32,000 nucleotides of DNA from Paramicrosporidium saccamoebae KSL3. Lineage: Eukaryota; Fungi; Cryptomycota. The position numbers and the translations under genes are program-made. The notes below the pieces were generated by a model. It saw only the letters and a program-made list of their open reading frames with translations. It ran no database searches and was not told the DNA's origin. The stretch spans positions 1-32,000 of the forward strand of contig MTSL01000107.1 in assembly GCA_002794465.1 (NCBI GenBank), in the 5' to 3' direction. Shown here piece after piece: positions 10,241-21,335 of the stretch. How positions within the stretch are numbered: the first letter of the stretch is position 1; each line of letters begins with the position of its first letter.

Positions 10241-12235
10241 ATGGGGAAGAAAGCCGCTCCCTCGTCTCTGGCTTTCAAGGCTGGTGCAGCCAAGAGGCTG
10301 CAGGCAAAGCCAAACATGTTTGATCTCAAAGTCAACAAGACCAAGTTTCAAGTCTTGAACAAGAACGTTGTCGGATCCAAGGGCAACCCCACCAGGTCCA
10401 AGGCAAAATCCCTACAGGTTCGTCAAAAGACTCTTTTGCCCGAACTCGGCCGACGCGGCCGAACTGGAGAGTTTGTTGACCGGCGGTTTGGAGAGAAAAC
10501 TCCTGGTCTCTCTAGTGAGGAAAAAATGTTGGAACGTTTTAGCCGTGAAAGACTCAAGACGAACAAGAAAAAGTCAGTCTTCAACCTGAATGACGAGGAC
10601 TACTCCCACACCATGACGTTGACTCATCGTGGTCGCAACATTAATGATCTTGATGCATTCGATTCAGAGCCAGAGGGATCAGACTATGACTCGGACGGAG
10701 GTCTTGATAGTCACATTGTCGGAAGTGGTCATTTTGGTGGTCCTGGAATCGACAATGAAAAGCGCACCAAAGCCGAAATCATGCAAGAGGTCATTTCTAA
10801 AAGCAAGATGCACAAATATGAACGCCAAAGAGTCAAGGATGCAAATACCGTACTGTGTGATGACCTTGATGCTGATTTTCATTCCCTCTTGGATGTGCTA
10901 GAACCTCGCGACTCTTTCAGAGAACGGACACTCCCAAAGGACGATGACTACACTGAAGCTGTTAGGACCATGGCTTTTGAAAAACGTAGTAGGCCATCTG
11001 ACCGCACAAAGACTGAGGAAGAAATCTCCCAGGCTAAAAAGGATAGGCACACAAAAGAGTCTGAATCTCTGCGCAAACGAATGCACGGGGATCTTAATGT
11101 TACAGACTCGGAGGATGAGGAAGAGCATGCAGGCTCTGACGCCGACAAGAGCATTCGCCGGGTCATGGATCAGGCCGGACAGCTCTTGGACACTATCATC
11201 CAAGACACCAACCTTGCCTTGGTAACCGAGGCCTACATTAAACTGGTCGACTTGTGCAAAACCAATTCAGTGATCCCCGTGGCACGCGTCTTCCGAGAAC
11301 GTCTGAGTCTCATCACCGAATCTATGAATGCGCAGATTGAAAACTTTGCTGCTCCAAAGATGCCCAGCAAGGATTCGCTTATCCTATTCCATGTTATTGG
11401 GCGCATTTTCAGCACGTCCGATTACCATCACATTGTTGTTACCCCAGCCCAACTACTGATGAGTGCCTATCTGGGCCATGGAAGAATGACTAGGCCGTTC
11501 CATCTTCTTTCGGCTCTCTTCATTATGCAAACCATGCTCAACTATCAAAAAGTGTCAAAGAGGCTTGTCCCGGAACTTTTTGGCTTGTTGGGCCCACTGT
11601 TAACTCTGTGCTTTGGACTAAAGCGCTCTGGATGGAGCCAGTACTCGGAGGATCGCTACATGTCTCGTTCCGTCCATGATTTACTTGGCCAGGAACTGAC
11701 CAGTGTCCCCAGCGCAAGGGCAATCTCATTTGAAGATTTGAACAATGCTGAAGATGGACAACTTTCAAAGGAAATGGTCACATCCTTCCTCCTCCACATA
11801 CTCACAGAGGCTGTGGAGATTTACAAAGATAATGTCGCGGCGCCCGAGCTCTTTATTCCTCTACTACAGACTCTAAAATGCTGCCCGACGACTGCCGCAG
11901 TCGCACAGCCACTATTGGAGGTGATCAAGTCGAAGCAGGAGGCCCGCAAGCCACTACAACTCCAAAAGTCCAAACCGATTGCAATCCCGCAGCTGATCCC
12001 CGATTTGGATGACGGTCCGAGCCGAGAGGAGAGAGAGCAGAACATGCTCAAGCGCCAGTACAAGAGAGAATTGAAGGGCGCCAAGAAGGAGCTGAAGAAG
12101 GACAGTGCCTTCTTGGCCCAACAAAAGCTTCAAATGAGACTAGAGGCAGATCGCAAATACCAAGACCGGCAACGCCAGATCCTTGGATCCATCTCTAACG
12201 AAACTTCCCATGACGCCAAGAGACGTCGTAAATAG
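10241..12235 (+). CDS. NOP14: Nucleolar 40S biogenesis protein Nop14
   Basis: NMFDLKVNKTKF, GEFVDRRFGE, LERFSRER, FNLND, RTKAEIMQEVISKSKMHKYERQ, RPSDRTKTEEE, HHIVVTPAQL, PLQLQKSKPIAI and RELKGAKKELKKD. Likely ATG at 10241. Confidence 0.93.
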   Translation: MGKKAAPSSLAFKAGAAKRLQAKPNMFDLKVNKTKFQVLNKNVVGSKGNPTRSKAKSLQVRQKTLLPELGRRGRTGEFVDRRFGEKTPGLSSEEKMLERFSRERLKTNKKKSVFNLNDEDYSHTMTLTHRGRNINDLDAFDSEPEGSDYDSDGGLDSHIVGSGHFGGPGIDNEKRTKAEIMQEVISKSKMHKYERQRVKDANTVLCDDLDADFHSLLDVLEPRDSFRERTLPKDDDYTEAVRTMAFEKRSRPSDRTKTEEEISQAKKDRHTKESESLRKRMHGDLNVTDSEDEEEHAGSDADKSIRRVMDQAGQLLDTIIQDTNLALVTEAYIKLVDLCKTNSVIPVARVFRERLSLITESMNAQIENFAAPKMPSKDSLILFHVIGRIFSTSDYHHIVVTPAQLLMSAYLGHGRMTRPFHLLSALFIMQTMLNYQKVSKRLVPELFGLLGPLLTLCFGLKRSGWSQYSEDRYMSRSVHDLLGQELTSVPSARAISFEDLNNAEDGQLSKEMVTSFLLHILTEAVEIYKDNVAAPELFIPLLQTLKCCPTTAAVAQPLLEVIKSKQEARKPLQLQKSKPIAIPQLIPDLDDGPSREEREQNMLKRQYKRELKGAKKELKKDSAFLAQQKLQMRLEADRKYQDRQRQILGSISNETSHDAKRRRK

Positions 12236-12283
12236 CGTCATAAATAAACGATGACATGGCACACTTTATTTCGAAACTTGTAT

Positions 12284-12694
12284 TTAGATGGTCGACGGGA
12301 ACATCATCTAAAGGATCAGCCAAATATAATAATAATAGGTTACCACACGAAGAGACGCACCAAAGGTACGGGGAGGCAGGGCAACGGTAAACTTGGCACG
12401 GACGACGCCAGAGTTTCCATGGACGCGGGTAACCTTGCCCCAAATCTTGCGAGTCTTGCTTCCGTCCTTATCAGCCTTCTGTCCGCGGTAGACAAAGGCG
12501 ATACGCTTTCCGAGGTACCAACGGGCCTCCTCGGCGCTGCTCACATTCTCCAGCTGGACCAGTGAGGTCTTGGTGTGCTGGGTGTGCTTGGCACGCTGGT
12601 ATCCGAGATGGCGACCCTTAACGTAGAGACTATATACGAGTTAGAATGGATGGATAAGGGGTATATGGTACCGAACTTGCTTGTCAGCAGTCAT
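12284..12694 (-). CDS. RPL33: 60S ribosomal protein L35a/L33 (eL33); 2 introns (12630-12671, 12308-12343)
   Basis: Spliced product MTADKQVRLYVKGRHLGYQRAKH...WYLGKRIAFVYR...IWGKVTRVHGNSGVVRAKF...GASLRVMMFPSTI (110 aa). Confidence 0.97.
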
Positions 12695-12818
12695 TAGGAG
12701 GACACCCCGGCTAGTGGGTGGTAGTTGATGGTTAGTGGTTGGTCAGATTTCCTGTTATAGAAGTTGTCTGAATGCAGACTCGGGATTTTAGCTCAGGAGC
12801 CTATAGCGCCGCATTAAT

Positions 12819-13070
12819 ATGCAGGACGACTGGAGTGTAGTCGGAACCGAATCCGCCCAAGAGACTGCTGCGAGTCGTGATGGCACTGATGTTTTGGAGG
12901 ACATGCTGAATGATTTTCGCGAGTTTCTCGATACAAAGGTTCGACCTCTGGACCTACCGGTTCGGCAAGGCCTAGTACAGGCAATCGACCGTCTGGAGCT
13001 TGTTCTTGAGCATGGAAAATGCATTCTGGAAGGCATGAAGAAGCGTCTTATTCCCGACCAACACGAGTAG
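12819..13070 (+). CDS. Hypothetical 83-aa protein
   Basis: ATG-started ORF divergent from RPL33 with an amphipathic helical composition; no recognised motif. Confidence 0.45.
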   Translation: MQDDWSVVGTESAQETAASRDGTDVLEDMLNDFREFLDTKVRPLDLPVRQGLVQAIDRLELVLEHGKCILEGMKKRLIPDQHE

Positions 13071-13344
13071 TTCTCTATAAACATGACGGTATATCGTGCC
13101 ATGGGCCTATATATAATGAATCAAAAATGTCGTGCCGTGGACTTTTATATGACAGATTAAATTCTCCAATCTTTGCCGCTGTTGTGTGGTGCGAGTATGA
13201 CGTGTCGTTATGAATTGTTTATTACCAACCAGTGTACCATTTTATGAATTTGCCGAAATATCCAAACATTGTAGAGTCAATATTCCCATTCCTCGCCTCT
13301 GAAACTCTTTTCCATATCCAGTCAAATATTCAACACTCAGCACC

Positions 13345-13400
13345 CAACAAACCCAATACACCCAACACCCAACAAACCCAATACACTCAACACATCCAGC
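13345..13400. repeat. C/A-rich degenerate tandem repeat (ACCCAACAAACCCAATACAC twice plus partial copies)
   Basis: Read directly, just beyond the stop codon of the minus-strand glycosyltransferase-like gene. Confidence 0.7.
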
Positions 13401-13415
13401 ACCATAAATCTCGGA

Positions 13416-16250
13416 TCACACATGTGCTAGCTTTTGGGCTTGTAGTGTAGTCTGTTCTTGATACCACTGGTTGATGCGTCTTTGGCCGTCTATCACGGCT
13501 TCCCTCCATCTGGGTTGGTCACAAATGCTATATCGGGTGGCGGATGCCCCATTTCGAATCGTGGACCCCGCATGACACTTTGTTGCCTCGGGTCCATAGA
13601 CGCTGGTAATCCAGTTGTCCGAGTACCAGTCCTTGATCTCAAGGGGAAAGTACCAGTGGAATATTTCATGATGCTTCCTTGATACAAAACTTTGCGTAAG
13701 CAAACGACACTGCCACAGCCGGTCGTTGGGTCCCACAACACCGAAATCATCATTATCGCGAAGTGTCTTTACAAACGTTGTAGTCCATCCGGGACTCTCA
13801 ACCGTTACATCATCATTGACCTGATAAAAGTAGTCATTTCCATCATGTACAGCATCGATAAACAGAATATTCCATAAGAGGGTTATGCATTTTGCCGTCG
13901 GCAACAGGTGATACTTGATTAGGACGGATTCTTTATGCGGTCCAAGCACTACATCGATGGCCTTTTGCATCTCGATCCGGTTCATGTCCAAGAGGGGATC
14001 GTCCCGGTCGTAGCCAATGTAGATGGAGTATTGAAACTTGCTCCACTCGTCCATCTTAATACTAGACACCATTGATCGCAAAAAGTTGTTTACAAGGTGC
14101 GCCGTGGCAGGAGTGTCCTCCTTCTTGTTCTTGCTTGGTATGAGAAAGGCTATCTTTGTTTTTTGACAAGCACGGATAATTGCCTCATCTACTGCTCCCC
14201 TTGCCCAGCTGGAAACATGGCCGCCAGCAAATGCCACAGGATTGTACATAATCTCGGGTCTGATGGTGAGATGGCAATATTGCTGACTACGCTTTGCATG
14301 ATCGTCCGGTTTGGGAAGTAGACTTTTCATTGAGAATACTTTGGCTGCATCCTGCACAGTGCCAATCATGTCATAGTCCACAGGCTTGTTTTGAGAATCT
14401 TTGCCGTGACACGGCAGCCCTTTGACGCGACGTAACCTCTCCGAGTGAACGCGGGAGAATACCTTGCGATCATATCCTTCGACTACCAACGAAGGGAGCT
14501 GATTATCAATAGACAGCCGGGCAAGAATTAGGCCGTCCTTCATTAATATCCTCCTCATATCTTCCAGAATCCCCGTGTCTGGAATGACCGTCTTGGGGCT
14601 AATCCACAAGGCGCTGCCAAAGCGATCTGTAAAAATCTCCAAGACTGAGAGCCGAATATCTACATTGTCCAAACTAATCTTGGTATCCAAATCCATGCCA
14701 AATAAGAGAGCCTCAAGCTCATAATAGTCAACATGCCGCCACAGTTTGATCATTTCGATATTCCCGCTATCAAGGTTCGATCCAATCACTAGGATGAGGG
14801 GCGGCGGTTCCATCGGAGTGACAGAAATTGCGCCGTGAATGGAACCAACAATCTCACGCAGTAACCAAATGTCTTCAGTACTACTGATTGCAGTGATAAT
14901 TACAAGCGGGGGTGGCTTCAAAGTGCCTCCACGGACCAGCGCCTGCAGCCAGTTGGCAGTCTTTGTCAAGTCTCCAATTGATCCCAAACGATAAAAATGA
15001 TGACACCCGTCTTGAACGGCACTCATGCTGGAAATGTCCTCAACCCTCCCCGAAACACTAATACCCTCCTTTTTGGAAGTTTTAATGTAAATATCCGTGG
15101 CCAGCTTTTTCGCTCGAAGCAGCGTCTTGAGCACGTCCGACTCATTTCCAGAATAGTCTGCAACATACAATATGATTAGATAATTGCCATGCTCCTGTCG
15201 ACTGAGCGACTCTAAGAGAATTTCAAGCCGATCCTGCACAAAGGCCGCATACTTTTCTTCTGGACCAATGTCAAGACTGAGACCAATGCGCAGCTTTTGG
15301 GAATTTGCAACTGAATCTCGGTCTTCCGGTTCCAGATACTCAAACAAGTCCGACAACAGCGGGTTTGCAACTGGATAGTTGGCTGTCCGTCCCGAGGTGG
15401 TAGGAAGCAATCGCGCCTGCACTCGAGGGTCCACCTTTTGAAGCCCAACCGATCCCCTCTTCATGATCGCCTGACTGAGCGGCTTCTGAATCTTGGTTTC
15501 TGATGCACAAAATATGCCTCTTCTGCAGTCTAAATGGGGTTTAACTCTTTCAAGAAATCCGGATCGCGTGTACGCCAGCAACGGAAAAATGTGCTCGGCA
15601 GAAACGGGATTCATTTTTGTCGACCGCCCCGTATAGTCGGGTCCGGGCACAATGACCTCGCCCGTCTTTGCAATAGTTTTTAACACTTCCGGAAGAGTAT
15701 TCTTCTCAATCGCATAGCCAACATCCACGTAGACTACCACAGGAAATTCCACCAAGAGATATTCCAAAATGTTTGGCAATGCCCAAGTGGCCTTGGCGGA
15801 CAGCTCTTTCATTCCTGCAGGCAAATTGACCAAAGCTTCAATTTCCAGAGGCTTCACCAGTCGCAGTAGCTTTAATGCCGCTATGGTTTGAGCATCCAGC
15901 GAGCCAAAATAGCCGACATAAATAAATGCAGGTTCCATCTTCCGAATAATATGACTTTGGAGGGACTAGGCAATGGTTAGGGCTGCAACAAATGGTACTT
16001 GGACTAAAGCTTCTAGACGCGACCATGCTGAAGCATCTGACAATATTGTCACATAGGCATTCCCACGAGTCCGGTTCGAATCGGTCGGGATGAACAGCTT
16101 CTCCCTGCCATCTCTAAACTCTGCTGGCAGGCCAAATTTCAGTTTCGCTGGACTTTTAGTGACAATAGTCCGCCACGCCACAACCGCGACGAAAATGACA
16201 ATGGCTCCGATGAAAACTTTCAGGCCCCGACGGGGAACATTTAGGGCCAT
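13416..16250 (-). CDS. Type II membrane glycosyltransferase-like protein GT1, with a doubled two-domain module; 1 intron (15966-15998)
   Basis: N-terminal TM (KVFIGAIVIFVAVVAW). The intron joins LEALVQ|SLQSHIIRKMEP in frame. The C-terminal GT-A-like domain has YIGYD, YFYQVNDD, GVVGP and DWYSDNW. Confidence 0.85.
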
Positions 16251-16378
16251 CTCGCGTCGGGATAAACAACCCACCAATTAACTTGGTGTCAGTTCTCCAT
16301 ATAGAAATGGCCATATTACCATTTTGGGACGCATTGTTGCATTGTAAGGAAGGTAGTGCTCCGTGAGCCAGGACAAAC

Positions 16379-18622
16379 ATGCGACGTGGATCTTATTCAG
16401 GCATACTCATTTTCGCAGTTGCGTGCTTTGCGGCGACAATGGTGATCATTGCCCTTTGGCCCAGCTCTGCAAAGAGTCAAGCTGGCACAAAGCCGATCGG
16501 AAAGGCGCCTACTCTTGAAGAATTGCTGCTGAGCAGCAGAATGCAAGACGAGGAATGCCAGCAGAACATGGATCATATTAATGAACCATCTGAAGGGACA
16601 GTGGAGCAGCAAGCCGAGTTCTTAAAGCGCTTTGAAAAGTCGGCCCGAGAGATGAAACCAAGCGACCCGGGGGGCAGTAATCATGCAGCAAATAGTGTCG
16701 ATCTTGTAGCAAGCGGCTTTGATTTTGTGGCAAACAATGTTGCAGTGGGTAGCACAGCGGGTAATAATGTCGATCCAAGCCCAAATGTTGTCAAAACACC
16801 TCCAAGAAATCTCACATTGAGCAATTCACATGCGGCCAGTCCCCCTTCAAGCAATCCATACCCAAACAACACAAATCCAAGCACCTCGCGTCCAAATGAA
16901 CAACTCGGCAAAGAAATACCAGGCCTCATGGAAGAATACTATGACGGGACAGCGGGACCACGTTTTCCCCACGCCAGAAATCCTACTGAATTTGAAGATC
17001 TGGTCATCTTTACCATCATCCCGTCAATTGAAAATCGGGCATCTTTGGTCCTCCTTAGAGACTTTGTCGGGGTACCATTCTCCCATGGCCTTTTCTTACT
17101 GTAGGGACTACATCAGCTCAGACAAGGAAGACACCACACTCCAACGATTGAAATTTTCACTCCCACCTTGCTTAGCAACATCCCCGACGATATTCTAGAG
17201 GAATTGAGTTGGTGGAATGGGGTTCAGCTGAAGAACATCCACAATTATCTCGGATTGCCCGTCAGCAACGAGACCATCCTGACGTCAAATGAACAACATA
17301 TTCGGCTAGCTTTGCACAGTCGGCTCGTCAAAGAGCATGGTCATTCATTCTGGATCAAATTCGGCTACGTAGTGGAGCCGGAACGAATCGGAATCTATCG
17401 CGCTGAACAGAGCGGATCTGCGGCAAACATTCTCGAAGCACATGCGCGTGGACGCAATGAGGTGATGAAGATGGCCAAAGTCCTCAAGGTTCACGGCTAC
17501 GTCCTGGGTCAGCAAAGCGATCCAGTGCAATACTCTACTGGCAAGGCAGTTGTAGACCGAAAGAAAGCCGAGGAGCAATCTCTTGTGGCAGGGATCTATG
17601 CCCCAAAGAGTCTTGTAGTCGAGGGGTATTCGTTGGAAAAGGGCCTCAAATACATTGACGAGCAACTAAAATGTCTCATCACTCCGAACCAATGTTCCAG
17701 CCCAAACATGGAATACATTTATGACGCATCCGTGTACAGCGTCTTTCCAAGCGATCCCAACTCACACGCGGGATGCATTGTCGACGTCCGAGAAGAGGCC
17801 ATCACCAGTACAATTCTTGTCAACGAGGTTGCGTCAACTCTGGCCAACAATGCAACAAAGGCCATTGTTGCCAAGAACGGGAAAAAGGTTGCAGTAGCCT
17901 TCCCAACCACCTCCAAAGGAATGAAAAAGGGTGAAGATCCAGTGTTCCTCAGAGTTCTGTTGCCTTCCCTAATAAGTTCAGTCACTCTAGAAGAATTCTC
18001 GTCCACAATGTTTACCGTGTACATTGGATTCGACCATGGCGATCCAGTGTTTGAGAATCCCACTCTCCGAAGCAAATACTTGCAGAAGGCTGTAGAGATT
18101 ATTGGCAACAATCCAGTGCAGGTCAAGATGCTGCAGCTCCCCAATGCCAAACGGGTGGCTCTTTTGTGGAATCTGCTCTATTTGCATGCCCTCCGCGAGG
18201 GCGCCGAATACTTTTACCAGCTCAATGATGATCTCCATCTTGAGACTACGGGCTGGCTGACCTACTTTACATCCACCCTAGATGCACATGGCGGGTTTGG
18301 TGTAGTGGGTCCTGCTGACTACCACAACGGGCTCAACTGCGCCATCCTAACTCAGTCCATGGTCACGCCAGTTCACTATGAGATTTTCGGGATGCTCTAC
18401 CCTGTGGAACTTAAAGACTGGAAGAGCGATCGCTGGCTCACCTATGTGTATCAGCCAAACGACACTCACTGCAGACAGGACATTATTGCAAATAACGGCG
18501 GAGCACCAACACGCTACCAGTACTGCGAGTTCCTCAGCTATGTCATCTACGTGGATGCTGGAAAACGTCGAATTGCCGAATGGAAGGCGAAAAAATTGGC
18601 ACGGGAAAAGTCGGCATTGTGA
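16379..18622 (+). CDS. Type II membrane glycosyltransferase-like protein GT2; 1 intron (17072-17104)
   Basis: TM segment GILIFAVACFAATMVIIALW and a Pro/Ser/Asn stem. The intron joins LRDFVG|GLHQLR. C-terminal domain VAVAFPTTSKG, YIGFD, YFYQLNDD, GVVGPAD, DWKSDRW. Confidence 0.87.
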
Positions 18623-18722
18623 GGCAGAAAGGGCATTGGAATTTCTAAACGAAAAGCCGACGCTGTAATCACTAAAATGAATCGGTATGCCAACTCTCAT
18701 GACACTATAAATTTATAATAAA

Positions 18723-19676
18723 CTAAATACGACTGATCTTTAGCGAATGGCGTTGCCTGGACTGATCCGTCTTTGCGCGTCGCTTCTTGAAATTAAAGTG
18801 TCCCGAGATGGGTGTATAGGTGACAGGCAGATTGGCATCATTTGGGAGCGTCAGCACCACATACGGAGTTCCATGGCGATCAACCCTTTGAATGTCATAG
18901 TCGCGAGTGTACACAAAGACGTCGTCTCCATCGGCAGCGGGCAGATAGTACCACACAAAGGCGTCATTTGGATCAGTAGCATTGCTCATTGCCTTTACCA
19001 GTGCCCTCTGGTCGCCCTCTTGGGAAATGGGCACTCCATCCACAGTGGCCACGTTTGGATCAGCATCAAAGGTGCATTGTGCAAAGGTCTCGGGTTCTCC
19101 CTCGCCTGGAAATATTGGCGTCATGGAAACCGCCGTGGCATTGGGGTTGTTCGGGTGGCAGAGGTTAGCCAACTGTGGGGTACACACAAAGGACCGTTCG
19201 ATGGCCTGGATGACGTCTTCCTTATTCTCCAACTTCATTTGACTCTGTAACGGCGCCATATTCGTCAGCGATGGAGAGTTTTTCAGTCCCTTTGTTTCTG
19301 CCGACAAGTACTCTGTCCTGCGCAGCCAAGTCACCTCTGTTCTTTGGCCCTTTGTCGTCCCCTCCTTCCCATCGAGTGGCTTCACCAGTGCCTCATCCTC
19401 GGCCGCGAGATACTCATTCATTTGTGGCTTGAACTTTTCCAAATCGACAAAATCAAAAAGTGACGTATTCAAAATATCTACGGGTGCCTCGTGGCGGTAC
19501 TCTTGCTCAATGCTGGAGACCCGAAACGGGATGAATTGGCTCAGGTCGGGTGTGTTTATTGCTAAACGAGAGGCGACCGTAGGTTCAGGCAAACTGTTCT
19601 TGAACTTGACATGACATAGGAATTCTGGAACCTTTTTGAGTGTTCGTCCACGACCCATGACTGCGTCCCTGGACAT
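18723..19676 (-). CDS. PAF1: RNA polymerase II-associated factor Paf1 (short, lacking the acidic tail)
   Basis: EFLCHVKFKNSLPEP, EVTWLRRTEYLS, IQAIERSF, HPNNPNATAV..PIFP, YTRDYD and YTPISGHFNFKKRR. Confidence 0.88.
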   Translation of the reverse strand: MSRDAVMGRGRTLKKVPEFLCHVKFKNSLPEPTVASRLAINTPDLSQFIPFRVSSIEQEYRHEAPVDILNTSLFDFVDLEKFKPQMNEYLAAEDEALVKPLDGKEGTTKGQRTEVTWLRRTEYLSAETKGLKNSPSLTNMAPLQSQMKLENKEDVIQAIERSFVCTPQLANLCHPNNPNATAVSMTPIFPGEGEPETFAQCTFDADPNVATVDGVPISQEGDQRALVKAMSNATDPNDAFVWYYLPAADGDDVFVYTRDYDIQRVDRHGTPYVVLTLPNDANLPVTYTPISGHFNFKKRRAKTDQSRQRHSLKISRI

Positions 19677-19682
19677 TAGTGT

Positions 19683-19742
19683 TTTATGTGGTGTATGTGG
19701 TGCATAGGGTGCATGTGATGCATATGGTGTGTGTGGTGCTGT
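19683..19742. repeat. Degenerate 9-nt repeat (TGGTGCATG-like, about 6 copies) upstream of PAF1
   Basis: tggtgtatg tggtgcata gggtgcatg tgatgcata tggtgtgtg tggtgctg. Confidence 0.7.
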
Positions 19743-19926
19743 AATGTATATTACGGTATACTTATGAGCTAATTAACACTGTCATCTCCAACTCGTATGA
19801 AACTTTCGTCGGCCGCCTCACTATCTGGCTCTTATTATTCGACTTTTATTATCTAATTTTTACAATCCAACTCCTACTATCACCATTAAACTCTTACGAC
19901 CCACCCCCATTATTATTCAATGGCGC

Positions 19927-20182
19927 AAAAGTTGTTTGCCCTACTCTGCCAACATTTGTTCTGAATGACTGTGCCCATATGCACCCTTCCACCACACAGG
20001 GCGGAACGTTTTCGCTGCTGTGTTTCCACCCTCGCGCAGTACCGTCCTCATTGACCCAACCTCGCTAGCAACCGTTCCCAGCCGCTAGCAATGTTGACCC
20101 CGTGTCTGGCGGGTGCAGGCATTGTGCCGATTCAGAACCAGTGGTTCACAGAGACGAACTGTCCAACTAAAGAGTACCAGGG
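19927..20182 (-). ncRNA. Signal recognition particle RNA (7SL/scR1-type); 5' end uncertain (20167-20182)
   Basis: Helix 8 CGC-GAGG-GUG-GAAA-CAC-AGCA-GCG (20013-20036). Helix 6 is a 12-bp hairpin with a GGAA loop (20063-20090). Helix-5 pairings: 20130-20138 with 19958-19966 and 20111-20117 with 19980-19986. UGUGA Alu motif at 20146-20150 and a TTTT terminator at 19927-19930. Confidence 0.88.
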
Positions 20183-20237
20183 ATTTTTACTTTATTAATT
20201 ACCCAATTATTTGCCATGTCGTTTTTGTGGGATTGTT

Positions 20238-21293
20238 TTACGGCACAATCTCGGCTACAATTTGTTTGCATTCGACTACTTTGGCCATTGCGGCATCAAA
20301 TATTCGGTCGTATTTTTCCACCACTACCTCCAACGCTTTTATTTCCTCCTGGACCTGGATTGCAGTCTCGTCAGTATCCAATGCAGACATCTTTTCGTCC
20401 ATCATAATCGTTTTAATATCACTCTGATACTGGGATTCCCGGGTGTGGACGTTCTCCAGCTTCATCATTCCATAGTCTCCCCCCAAATCATCCAGCGCTC
20501 CAGAACCGTGCAAATTCAGAGTCTCCAATTCGCGGTCCAGTAATCTGCGTGAAAAGTCCTGGTTCTGCAGCTCTTGCTCAAGCTTCTGTCGAGCATACTC
20601 TAGACGGCTAATGGTGTCTGACTTGGATTCGAGCATCGTTTCGAGCCTTGCAACCTTTTCGCTGCGCTCTGGAGAGATCATTGTGCGCATCGTGTCCTCG
20701 TCCTCTAGGATGGTGGCAGCACATTCGTCGTGTATCGACATTGTCTCCTCGATATCTTTGAGAACGGCGAGCTCATCTGATTCCGCACGATGCATCATCC
20801 CATTCGTTCCAGCTCGGCGATTCTGTTCGTGCAATATGCGTCGAACCAACAGGCTTGCAAGATTGAACTTGTCCGCATCGTTTGCGAGGTGACTGCGCAG
20901 CAATATAGAGCTTGCCATTTGCAACTTTTCGTTGAGATCGTAATCCTGTACTTCTGGAATAGTCCATGCTGCTGACTCTTCATGATGCATGGTCTCGAGA
21001 TTTGACAAGTGCCCCATCCTTGTCATACGTCTTTTCACAATTGTTTCTTTGTGGAGTTGGAAGCTTAGACCAGAACGGCCCGTCGATTTCACCTGACCTT
21101 GGGCCTCAAGTCTGCGAAGTGCCGCCAAAAGTCGTTTTTTCCAATTGGCGGGGAATGTATATTTTCCAACAAACTGCTTTGACACCAGGTTAACCAGAGA
21201 CAAGTAATGCATGGTCGAACATTGCGAACTTTTCATGAGTCGAGTGGCAATTGCCGCATAGGCTGGGTGGTGCGAGTGTCTGTTGCTCGTCAT
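20238..21293 (-). CDS. Protein with a linker-histone (H15)-like winged-helix N-terminus and a C-terminal coiled coil (351 aa)
   Basis: HPAYAAIA...FPANWKKRLLAALRRLEAQGQVKSTGRSGLSFQL resembles the H1 globular domain; the C-terminal half is heptad-rich. Confidence 0.75.
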   Translation of the reverse strand: MTSNRHSHHPAYAAIATRLMKSSQCSTMHYLSLVNLVSKQFVGKYTFPANWKKRLLAALRRLEAQGQVKSTGRSGLSFQLHKETIVKRRMTRMGHLSNLETMHHEESAAWTIPEVQDYDLNEKLQMASSILLRSHLANDADKFNLASLLVRRILHEQNRRAGTNGMMHRAESDELAVLKDIEETMSIHDECAATILEDEDTMRTMISPERSEKVARLETMLESKSDTISRLEYARQKLEQELQNQDFSRRLLDRELETLNLHGSGALDDLGGDYGMMKLENVHTRESQYQSDIKTIMMDEKMSALDTDETAIQVQEEIKALEVVVEKYDRIFDAAMAKVVECKQIVAEIVP

Positions 21294-21335
21294 AGACCGC
21301 TGGCAGTTTTAGCTTTATTGATGAGCTTATTTAAG

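Noticed and set aside
16070-16085. tRNA T-loop-like GGTTCGAATC
   Set aside because: It lies inside a coding exon and has no cloverleaf.
18690-18740. Intron extending the PAF1 C-terminus
   Set aside because: Candidate 26- or 29-nt introns lead to a stop within two codons.
19900-20200. Small spliced or selenoprotein ORFs in this gap
   Set aside because: All frames are short or unrecognisable, and the extensive SRP-like base pairing explains the region.
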